Below, piece after piece: positions 15,001-24,243 of a stretch of DNA of 64,000 nt. The notes under the pieces are model-generated. The model searched no databases, was not told where the DNA came from, and saw only the letters and a program-made list of their open reading frames with translations. The number at the start of each line of letters is the position of its first letter. The first letter of the stretch is position 1. Location: assembly GCA_963735595.1 (NCBI GenBank), contig CAVTLK010000004.1:64001-128000 (forward strand), given 5' to 3'. This DNA is from an uncultured delta proteobacterium. Lineage in GTDB: Bacteria; Desulfobacterota; Zymogenia; Zymogenales; Zymogenaceae. Position numbers and translations under genes: made by a program.

Positions 15001-16045
15001 AAAAGTGGCGACTGTCGATACATCCAGATAATAATCTGTGGCATTTGTCGATGCACTCCAGTTGGCTCTTATTGATGTACAGGCTGCGTTTGAGCCTGCA
15101 TTGGCTGTTGGAGCCAGTGGTACTGGGATTACCGTAATATTTTTTGTCACTGTCGATCCGCAATATGGTGTAGTGGGATATCGCCACTCGACACTCATAA
15201 TCCCGGAAGTTCCTGTCGCATCCACTGTTATATCTTTTGTCGTATTGCCGGCAAGATTAGTCCATCCGGCAGGCGGGGTCCAGTTATAAACCGTAGCGCC
15301 TCCAATAAGCTGATTTGCAGGAGGATTAGGTAATGAATATGCTAAACCCACAGTGTTTAAACAAACCGGCGAAGGCCCAGTAATTATATCCGACAGTGTT
15401 AAAGACTCTCTGATTGTGAGAACAATTGGTGTAGCAGGGCTGACGCATCCATTAACACCCCCATTTACCTGTGTAACATAGAAAGTAGCAGTACTTGCAG
15501 GCGTGTTGGGAATACCAGTAGTATAACTATTTGTATTGTTTGATCCAGGAGCAACTGTGGTAAGTGTTGCGTCTGTGAACCAGTAAAAAGTCGCACCTGC
15601 CATTCCGGTAACTGTTAAAGGCAGAACAGCACTTCCAACACATATTGTTCCGTTTATAGGGATTGGGGCAGGAGAGAAGGAATTAGTCTTAAACGGGAAA
15701 TGGTTGTTACTGCATTTACAAAAGCAAAAGGAGTTCCGTCATAAATATTACAGGGACCCCAGTATCTCATTGTGACTTCAATTACATCATCTGCTACATC
15801 TGTTGAGAGATTACCTTTATGATAAATTGGGTAAGTAGTTGCACGAGGGGTAATTAGAAGTTTCAATCTATATAGAATAGATAGTTTACTACAGGTCCTT
15901 CATATGGAATTGGATTTCCGACTGCATCGGTAATCCAGACCGTATCTCCTGGTGCTCTAATTAATCCTGTATGAGGGATACTAGGAGTGGTTTGAGTGGA
16001 ATATACATATTGAACATACCTTGGCTTAATATTTGGTAATTCTAC
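1..16045 (-). CDS. Giant repetitive cell-surface/secreted protein (FN3-like + PKD-like + Ig-like repeats), >5,000 aa, truncated at both ends and split by many indels
   Basis: Successive minus-strand ORFs (15863-16087, 14944-15603, 13835-14614, 12487-13185, 8761-11166, 7171-8511, 3993-7187, 1820-3037, 1121-1705, 253-1257) continue one another across frameshifts with the same Thr/Gly/Val/Pro-rich beta-sandwich repeats and no intergenic gaps. Reading continues to position 1 (...DSNGCYG...NMGCTPA, a PKD-like start). Confidence 0.85.
1420..9520 (-). repeat. Array of 28 PKD-like repeats (~95 aa)
   Basis: I counted 28 units of the form xxxICSGGTFxxTP...GIVPAGTTYxW...ISGTLTN...TATYTVTPxSGxCTGxxFTVTVTVNP across the ORF fragments. 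Confidence 0.88.
11090..15115 (-). repeat. Array of 14 FN3-like repeats (~96 aa, ~288-289 nt)
   Basis: The YYYRVRA-type motif recurs 14 times at ~288-nt spacing. Unit: SYATLPATPAPPTANAGSNAACTSISANWSASTDATDYYLDVST...YNNLDVNNVVTYSVTGLTAGTTYYYRVRAGNSCGTS. Confidence 0.9.
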
Positions 16046-16046
16046 A

Positions 16047-18615
16047 GGGCAGAACATTGTCGTCGTGACGGCCACGTCGAGCGGCAAGACTCTATGCTAC
16101 AACCTCCCCGGTCATCGAGCGCTTGCTTGTTGAGCGGGAGGGCAGAGCCCTCTACATCTATCCCATCAATGCGCTGGTGAATGATCAGCTCAAGAGCCTG
16201 TTCAAGATTAACCTGGCGCTGGGCCGGGAAGCCCTTGGAGTTGCCCGATACACTGGCTCGCTCAGCGCGGAAAAGCGTCGCGATACGCGTGCTCGCCAAC
16301 CGAACATCTTCCTTACCAATCCCGAGATGGTGCATCTGAGCTTTTTACTGTGGCATCAGAATTGGCAAGACCTGTGGCGTAACCTGCGTTTCATCGTCAT
16401 CGACGAGGTGCACACCTACCGAGGGGTGTTCGGCTCGAACATGGCTCAACTCCTTCGCCGTGTCCTGCGTATGGCAGAGCATTACGGGGCCATTCCCCAA
16501 TTCGTCTGTTGCTCAGCAACGATCGCCAACCCCAAGGAATTGGTCCAGAACTTGATAGGCCGTGAGTTCCACGTCGTCGATCACGATGGTGCCGGCCGCG
16601 GGCAACGTTATTTCGTGCTCTGGAATCCGCCACTGACCAGTGCAGATGGAAGCAATGTTCGCCGCTCCTATGTTGAGGAGTCAGTGGACTTGCTACTGCA
16701 TTGCATTCGCGCAAGCTACAATACCATCCTCTTTGCCCGCGCCCGTCGATTGACGGAACGCATGTTGCGGCTGACCAAGGCAACGAACCAAACGCTAGTC
16801 GAGACCAACCATGGACAGGCAATTAGCTCTTACCGCGCCGGGTACCTGTCTGAGGAGCGAGAGGAGATCGAGTCCAGGCTCAAGACAGGGGATATTAGAG
16901 GTATCATCACCACCAATGCGCTAGAGATGGGCATCGATATCGGCGGGCTCGATGCCGCCATCATTGCGGGGTACCCGGGAACCATCATGTCTACCTGGCA
17001 GCAGGCCGGACGCGCGGGACGGCGGGGACGTGACGCGCTGATCTTCCTCGTTGCTTCCCAGAACCCTCTGGACCAATACTATATGGGCCATCCACAGGAG
17101 TTCTTTGCCCGACCCCACGAGCTGGCTGTGGTCGATCTGCAGAACCCCTACATCCGGCTCAAACACCTTCTTTGTGGCGCAAGGGAGTTGCCCTTGACCG
17201 CAGACGAATTGTCCCGCATGGAGCCTGACTTGCAGGACACGGTCTACGAGCTGCGAGACCGGCAGCTCTTGGAGCCCTGCAAGCTAGCCGACAACTCGGA
17301 AGGCTTGACTTGTCCTCAGGGCCGGCGCGATATTCACTTTCGTGTGGCGCTTCGCTCTGCCAGCCATGAGACCTTTCATATCCTGGACCAGGACCGCAAT
17401 GAGATCGGCACGATAGAGCCACCGAACGCCTATCGCGAAGCACACCCGGGGGCCATCTATCAGCATGGCGAGGACGACTACCGCGTCGTCTCCCTCCGCA
17501 AAAGGGATAACACCATCCTGGTACGTCCAGAGGCTGCTCCGCATTACACTCGGTCGCTGAGTATGCTTGGCGTCCATATCGAGGGTATCCATGCCTCGCG
17601 TTTCCTGACCCCTGCCGAGTCGGGAGTCGGAACGCCCTTCGGGGTGGTCCACGGTGATGTTTTGGTGGAAGAAAAGGTCTACGGCTACGAAGAGCTCCAG
17701 TGGGGCACGGAGGAAATGGTCAAGCGGGTCAATCTCGACTATCCCTTGATTATGCGCTTGCATACCACGGCTATGTGGTTGACGTTGCCTCCTGGGCTGG
17801 AACAATGGCTCTCGGTCCGGATTGGTCTGCAGGTGACTGACGATGCGGATGCGACAGAACCACTCGATGGGGAAGCTCTACTGGCACGAGGATTGCACGG
17901 CGTCGAGCACCTTCTCACCGGCGTCTTGCCCCTTCTCGTCATGTGTGATCGGCGTGATGTGGATGGTTATCACCTCCTCAGGCTCCCGGGGCTCGATGCC
18001 CCAGCGGTTTTTGTGTACGATTCCTACGAAGGAGGGATCGGCCTGGCGGAGGTCGCCTACCAGCGTGTCACCGAGCTGTTGCAGCTGGCCTACAGCACCG
18101 TCGCGAGTTGTCCATGCAATGCGGGGTGCCCCTCGTGCATTCAGTCGGGTGCCTGTCGTCAGCGCAATGACATGCTGCATAAAGGGGCTGCGCAAGCTAT
18201 TCTGGCCCTTCTTGCGGAGTCAGGCTCTATGCCCAGTGGCGCGGGACCCCTACTGGACTCCCCAATCAACTCCCTAGCCGCACATGGGCAGAGCATGGCC
18301 CGCCCTGACATGAGCCGGAAGCGAGCCCTGCAAGATTTGCTGGAGCGTACTCGTGAGCAAGGCATTCGCCAGCGTATTTCGGCATCGGAGAAGGCGGAAT
18401 CCAGTGTCCCGGGCGAGTCCCGTTTTGTACGAGGCGATCAGGTCGAGTATTCGCTCTATGGACGGGGTACCGTTCTCTCTCCCCGCCTGGATGGCGATCG
18501 GCAGATCGTTATTGTGCGCTTTGCGCACCGCAACCTGGTGAAAGAGATCGATGGATCACGGTGCACGCTGCTCAAAAGGGGCGATGACGCTGACAAAATA
18601 GAACAAATGTACTAA
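16047..18615 (+). CDS. DEAD/DEAH-box SF2 helicase with DUF1998 Zn domain (MrfA/YprA/SftH/Hrq1 family), 5'-truncated at the junction
   Basis: Walker A (VVVTATSSGKTLCYNLP) at ~16056-16110 in a shifted frame; YPINALVNDQ, TNPEM, DEVH, SATIANP, TNALEMGIDIG, QQAGRAGR; C-terminal YDSYEGGIG...CPCNAGCPSC. Confidence 0.93.
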
Positions 18616-18618
18616 TAT
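18590..18618 (+). promoter_or_regulatory. Sigma70-type promoter (CTGACA-N17-TAATAT) with a LexA/SOS-type box AGAAC-AAAT-GTACT in the spacer
   Basis: Sequence ctgacaaaatagaacaaatgtactaatat. The box at 18600-18613 matches GAAC-N4-GTTC/GTAC and lies ~60 nt upstream of the radical SAM start codon. Confidence 0.75.
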
Positions 18619-18674
18619 GGGATCATGGATGGAGGCCTTGTTGCATCACGATCTACAGTGATCGGAGGCCAGGG

Positions 18675-19795
18675 ATGGACCTGCTGCAAAAGATTGACGT
18701 GCTGGGCGAGTCCGCACGCTTTGATATCTGCCGAGGATGTGGAAGCCACGACAGCCGGGTCAAAGACGACCTGGGACGCTGGATCTATCCGGCTGTGCGA
18801 CCTGATGGCAAGCGCATCGACATGCTCAAGATACTACAGAGCAATGTCTGCGAAAAAGACTGCGCCTATTGCGCCAATCGGAGCGACCGCGATGTGCACC
18901 GTATGACCTTCAAGCCGGATGAGTTGGCCCGCGGTTTTTCCGAGTTGCTGCGTCGCGGACGTGTGCAGGGGCTCTTTTTGAGTTCGGGCGTGTGTGGGAA
19001 TGTAGGCCAGGCCACGGAGCGCATGCTGGCCACCGTGGAGATCCTGCGACGCCGGTATCTTTTTGGCGGCTACATTCACCTCAAGATCCTTCCGGGCGCC
19101 GACGATGCCAGTATTGAGGCTGCTGTGCGCATGGCAAACCGAGTTTCGGTAAACTTGGAAGCTCCCAATGCACGTCGCATTGGCGCGTTGAGCAAAGGCA
19201 AGGATTTCGAGCAGGACCTGGTGATGCCGCTGCGCAAAGCCCACAGAATCAGGCAGTATATCGGGCGCGCCGTCAGCATGACCACCCAATTCGTGGTGGG
19301 CGCCGCAGACGAGTCTGACAGCGAGATCCTCACGACCTCGACACAGCTCTACGGCGACTTGCGCCTCGCCCGTGCTTACTACAGTGCTTTTCAACCCATT
19401 AGCGACACGCCTTGGAGAACCACCCTGCCACGCCCGCATGGCGCGAGCATCGCCTCTATCAGGCCGATTTTCTGTTGCGGCAGTATGGGTTCGGGTTGCA
19501 GGAGATCGTCTTCCAACAGGATGGTAACCTGGCCCGCGAAGTGGATCCCAAGCTCCAGTGGGCGCTCCATCATCCCGAGTTCTTTCCTCTTGAGATTAAC
19601 ATAGCTAGCTCTGAGGAGTTGTTGCGCGTGCCGGGCATTGGGCCCGTATCGGCGCAACGTATCGTGCAGCAGCGCAGGCAGGGCAGGCTCAAGGATCTCA
19701 GCCATATCTGCTTGGGCGGCGCAGATAGCGGACGCGCTGCGCCTTTCATCCTTCTTGATGGAAAACGGCCCAACTTCCAGTTATCTTTCTGGTGA
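18675..19795 (+). CDS. Putative DNA modification/repair radical SAM protein with C-terminal helix-hairpin-helix (TIGR03916-like); one frameshift near 19410
   Basis: CEKDCAYC (CxxxCxxC), GLFLSSG, GYIHLKILPGA, ANRVSVNLEAP, RAYYSAFQP, REHRLYQADFLLRQYGF, INIASSEELLRVPGIG (HhH). Confidence 0.9.
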
Positions 19796-19858
19796 TCCCG
19801 CCCCCGCTACAGTATAATGGGTCGCACTCTACGATAATGACTTGAGGAGGGGGATGCC

Positions 19859-21011
19859 ATGTTGGCCACGAGAGAGAAATTGGAGACCCTGGAGGCTCAG
19901 CAACTTGCCCCTTATGCCCAACTATCCCAGAACTCGCGTGGGCGCACACATCCCGAGCCTGAACACGGCTACCGCACGGCTTTCCAACGAGATCGCGACC
20001 GCATCCTGCACACCACAGCCTTTCGGCGACTGGAATACAAGACCCAGGTTTTTGTGATCGATGAGGGGGATTATTACCGCACGCGCCTTACGCACACACT
20101 TGAGGTGGCGCAGGTTGCACGTACCTTGGCGCGCACTCTGCTGGTCAATTCCGAGCTAACAGAGGCGATCGCTATGGCGCATGACCTGGGCCATACCCCT
20201 TTTGGACACGCCGGCGAAGCTGCCCTTCACGAACTGATGGCAGAGAAGGGGGGGTTCAATCACAATACTCAGAGCCTGCGCATTGTAGAAGTCTTGGAGA
20301 TTCGCTATCCCGACTTTGCCGGACTGAACCTCACCTGGGAGGTCCGCGAAGGGATCATCAAGCATGCCACGGATTATGATACGCCGGAGGCGATAGCCTA
20401 CGAGCCGAACTGCCGCTCCTCTGTGGAAGGGCAGATCATTAACCTGGCCGACGAGATCGCTCTACAATACCCACGATCTGGATGATGGTCTGCGCTCGGG
20501 AATCATCGATCCCAAGCAGCTCCGGAGCTTGGAGCTTTGGGATGAAACCCTGGAGGCCCTCGACTTGTGTGGGCACGAAGTAACGGAGCTGGAGAGGCGT
20601 CGTATCATTCGCCACCTAGTGAACCTCGAAGTGACCGACGCCCTGGAAGCGACAGATCTCGCCTTGCAGCAGGCCAACCCCCAATCCCCCGATGAGGTGC
20701 GTCATCTAGCCCAGGATGTGGTGCGTTTCTCCCCATCGATGAAGCGGAAAAACCAGGAATTGAAGAGCTTTATGCTCAAGAATATGTACCATCACTGGCG
20801 GGTGATGCGCATGTCCGAGAAAGCCAAGCGAATGCTCACCCAGTTGTTCCAGACCTACGAGGCTGCACCCTACCAGCTACCTGACTGGGTACAGGCACGC
20901 GTGGATGGTGAAGGGTTGGAGCGGGTCATCTGTGACTATGTCGCCGGAATGACAGATCGGTTCGCCATGCAAGAGTTCCGCAAAATGTTCGATCCGGACG
21001 AACGAGTTTAG
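19859..21011 (+). CDS. dgt: Deoxyguanosinetriphosphate triphosphohydrolase (HD-domain dNTPase); frameshift near 20465
   Basis: [51 protein letters not shown]-terminal [11 protein letters not shown]. Confidence 0.93.
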
Positions 21012-21058
21012 ACCGGGCGCTTGACTGATAGCCAGACGGCGTTGTAGGACAACAGCCG

Positions 21059-22422
21059 TCAAGGCAACTGGTCGTTTTTCTCCGCAATGAGCTCGACGCG
21101 CAGTCGCTCAAAATGCGCGTTCCCTTTCTCCCTATCCTGAAGATACGAGAATTCCTGAACAGTGGCCGTAACCACTAGTGAGAGGGTCTCCAAGGGGATG
21201 ATGGCGCCCGGCTGGACCACCATCACGTCGCCCTTTTCGGCGAGTCTGGAGTTCAGTGCGGGGTCGTTGAAAGCATACTCGCTCACTAGAATCTGGCGCA
21301 CCGTGCGAATGTCGCCCTTGTCGAATAGCCATATCTCAAAGGCATCCACCCTCTGTGGCCCTTCTCCCACGGCATAGTCCACCGCGCCGACACCGCATTC
21401 ACCGAGAAACTCGTGATCGGGCGTCTCAATCGTGAAATTGCAGTCAAAATCGTCGTCGCCATAGGCATAGTCCGCCTCCCAGATGCCCAAGACATCGGGG
21501 GGCAACTCACTGCGTGCCACCTCGGGATGTACTATGGCGCGAGAGGCGATCTCTCTCCTCCTCTTCTTCTTCCTCTTCCCAATCCTCATTCAGGTCCAAC
21601 GGGGCAACCGCCTCCTGCTCTGGGAGCGCTTCCGGTGCAACGGGGGGCGCCTGGGGCTCTGCTGTAGCTGCCCCCTGTTCTTCAGGAGCGATGTACTCGC
21701 CCGGGACGGTTAGCTCTGCATCGAGTGGCTCCTCAATATCTTCGACTATGTCCGTCTCGCCCGCTAGGGCCTGCGCCGAGGCTGTTGATCGATAGGTCGC
21801 CCTGTTCTCCAATGGTGGCGTGGCATCGCCTGACACAGTGGTCGTAGTCACCGTCCGGGTTTGTGTTACTTTGGCACGGGCGGCCTGTAATGGGGAAGTC
21901 GACACTGCCGCTGCTTCGCCGGCGCCAGTGAGTAGGAGCCAAGCCGCTAGGCCGATCAACAGTACCAGGGCAATAACCAGGACAGGCAGAAGCAAGGGGT
22001 TATCCGAAAACCGGATACGGTATTGTGGCTCCTGGAACTGGGCAGCGGTTGCTGATGGCATCTGCAAAGTCTGGGCCATGCGCCGAATCAAGAGAGCGCC
22101 TCCGGCATCCCCTGCGTTTTCTCGCTCTCTGGCAACGCGATCCACCAAGTTGGCCACCTGTGCCCAAGAGGTGCTTCTTCTCATCCTGCAATTCGGCAAG
22201 CCCCTGTCGCGCCTGCTCCACATTGCCAGTCTGAGCAAACGATTCGGCCGCCATACGCACATAGGCTTTCTGGTGCTCGATCCGCAGATCAGAGGGGTCC
22301 GTATTATACCATGTGACTGGCCAGATCTGCCAGCCGAATAGCAGTCCAAATAGCGTACCCAGCACCAGAGTGATCAGCATAAAAGGCAAGGCACTACGTA
22401 CTCGAGCTTCCATGTGGGTCAT
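21059..22422 (-). CDS. Conserved hypothetical membrane-anchored protein (Chloroflexota-like); frameshifted
   Basis: N-terminal TM plus GWQIWPVTWYNTDPSDL, a second TM, an acidic linker and a C-terminal domain FLGECGVG...AFEIWLFDKGDIRTV. The ATG overlaps the upstream stop (ATGA). Pieced together from ORFs 22000-22470, 21507-22349 and 21059-21589. Confidence 0.65.
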
Positions 22423-22979
22423 CTCCTCTGCACTACCGGCATCTTGGGCGCCCCGGTCAGTACACGACATCCCTCCGCCGTCACGACGACCATATCCTCG
22501 ATACGATCACCCGCCCCAGCCAGGAATATAGATCCCCGGCTCGACTGTCACCACAGTCCCTACTTGAAGCAGATCCTTCGATGTGACACCTGCGCGTGGC
22601 TTCTCGTGGATCGCCAGACCAACACCATGGCCCAAGCCATGGCCGAACTTGCCCTCATAGCCGGCGCCATAGATCATCTGGCGCGCTATAGCATCTACTT
22701 GTGCCCCTGGCAACCCGGGGACGATCGCTGCCTCGGCGGCTTGTTGCGCCTGAAGAACTAGTTCCCAGATACGACGGTACTCGTCACTGGCGTGGCCGAG
22801 GCAAAAAGAGCGGGTCAGGTCAGAGCAGTATCCCTCGTACTTGGCCCCCATGTCGATCACGACAGGATCACCGCGTTGTATGGCCCGATCAGACGTGACC
22901 GCATGGGCCATAGCCGCATTTGGCCCAGAGGCTACAATCGTTGTGAATGATACTTGCTCGGCGCCGTGTGTACGCATAT
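22419..22979 (-). CDS. Xaa-Pro aminopeptidase/dipeptidase (M24), C-terminal part only
   Basis: IVASGPNAAMAH, IDMGAKYEGYCSDLTRSF, GHGLGHGVGLAIHE, TVEPGIY; cut at the second junction. Confidence 0.9.
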
Positions 22980-22980
22980 G

Positions 22981-23410
22981 TACAAGAACCCCGAGGCCAC
23001 CAAGAACGCCATCAAGGACGGTTGGGTCCACTCCGGCGACCTGGGGAAAATGGACGACGAGGGCTACATCACCCTGGTCGACCGTAAGAAAGACATGATC
23101 ATCACCGGCGGCGAGAACGTCTACAGCAAGGAAGTGGAGGACGCCATCTTCGAGAACCCCAAGGTGGCCGACGCCGTCATCATCGGCATGCCGCATCCCA
23201 CCTGGGGCGAGACGGTAACGGCCGTCGTGGTGACCAGGCCAAATGAGACGCTCACCCTCGACGAGCTCAGGGAATTCCTCACAGACAAGGCTTGCGGACT
23301 ACAAGATCCCGCGGAAACTGGAAGTCATCGAAGCCCTGCCGCGCAACGTTGCCGGCAAGGTCCTCAAGTACCAGCTCAGGGACCAGTTCAAGGCAAAGGC
23401 GGACAAATAG
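22981..23410 (+). CDS. AMP-dependent acyl-CoA synthetase, C-terminal fragment; frameshift near 23290
   Basis: DGWVHSGDLG..DDEGYITLVDRKKDMIITGGENVYSKEVE; shifted frame YKIPRKLEVIEALPRNVAGKVLK. Confidence 0.9.
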
Positions 23411-23460
23411 CAGGGCCGGGGGTACTATAACTATAGGCGGCTATGGAAAGGATAAGGAAC

Positions 23461-24153
23461 ATGGACATCAAGGAAATCTTTATGTATCCTACCCAGGATA
23501 AGGAGTGGTCGGTCAAGATGATCATCGGTATCGCGCTCTCGCTCCTGCCGATCGTCAACTTCTTCTGCACGGGCTACGCCTACCGGATATTCAAGGCGGG
23601 GCTCACCGGGCGCCCTCCCACGATGCCGGAATGGGACGAGTGGGGAGATATCTTCATCCAGGGCTTCATGATCTTCCTGTTGCGCCTTGTCTACTTTTTG
23701 ATACCGCTGGTATTCCTGGGGACGGGATCGGTGTTTCTTATCGGCGCCTTCGTGCTCAAGGAAAGGACCGGCATTTTCCCGGAAGGTATCATCCTGCCGG
23801 CGGCCGTGTTTTTCGGCGTCGGTGCGATACTGGCGATCGTGGCCGCGGTCCTCTTCCCGATGGCGCTTGCCCTCTACGCGAAAAGTAACGAGCGGTTCGG
23901 GGCCGCCTTAAGGATATGGGAGGTCGTGCATAACATCTTTAAGGCATTTGACGACTACGCCATCGCGGTCGTGTTGATGATATGCGTTTTCTTCGCCTAC
24001 TTCGTCCTCTCCGCGATACCGTACCTCGGCATCCTTATTGCCGTTCTCCTCACGTTTTACATCAAGTACCTCTTCTACTACGCGCTGTTCGGATCGGCGT
24101 GCGCGGGTGCGTTTGAGAAGGCCGCCGCGGCCGACAACCCGACCGGCGCATAA
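23461..24153 (+). CDS. DUF4013-type integral membrane protein (paralogue 1)
   Basis: YPTQDKEWSVKMIIG...PIVNFFCTGY...PEWDEWGDIFIQG, several hydrophobic helices, RBS upstream. Confidence 0.75.
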   Translation: MDIKEIFMYPTQDKEWSVKMIIGIALSLLPIVNFFCTGYAYRIFKAGLTGRPPTMPEWDEWGDIFIQGFMIFLLRLVYFLIPLVFLGTGSVFLIGAFVLKERTGIFPEGIILPAAVFFGVGAILAIVAAVLFPMALALYAKSNERFGAALRIWEVVHNIFKAFDDYAIAVVLMICVFFAYFVLSAIPYLGILIAVLLTFYIKYLFYYALFGSACAGAFEKAAAADNPTGA

Positions 24154-24185
24154 TAGGCCGAGATGCCGGGACTGTGCTGAATGAA

Positions 24186-24215
24186 AACGGGCGACGATCT
24201 TCGGATCGTCGCCCG
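24186..24215. terminator. Hairpin between convergent genes (probable bidirectional terminator)
   Basis: acgggcgacgatc-ttcg-gatcgtcgcccgt, a perfect 13-bp stem. Confidence 0.7.
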
Positions 24216-24243
24216 TTCTTCGTATCCCTTCCAAATAGTATCC

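Noticed and set aside
11090..15115. Regular DNA repeats as a CRISPR array or diversity-generating retroelement
   Set aside because: Units are ~288-nt protein-coding domains with no repeat-spacer structure, and there is no cas or reverse transcriptase gene.
743..15289. Numerous plus-strand ORFs rich in V/P/T/A over the adhesin
   Set aside because: They are antisense shadows of the repetitive minus-strand gene.
16047..18615. DUF1998 helicase as part of DISARM, Druantia or another anti-phage system
   Set aside because: No methylase, PLD nuclease or other defence gene is adjacent, and the SOS-type box and neighbours fit repair better. The upstream context is missing, so this is not fully excluded.
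15600..23400. Segment B as a genomic island inserted into a host chromosome
   Set aside because: Both boundaries cut genes of unrelated types, with no integrase, att repeats or target duplication, and the flanks do not rejoin into one gene.
22507..23430. ORF-track proteins 22507-23196 and 22954-23430 as novel fusions
   Set aside because: Both read across the contig junction at ~22980.
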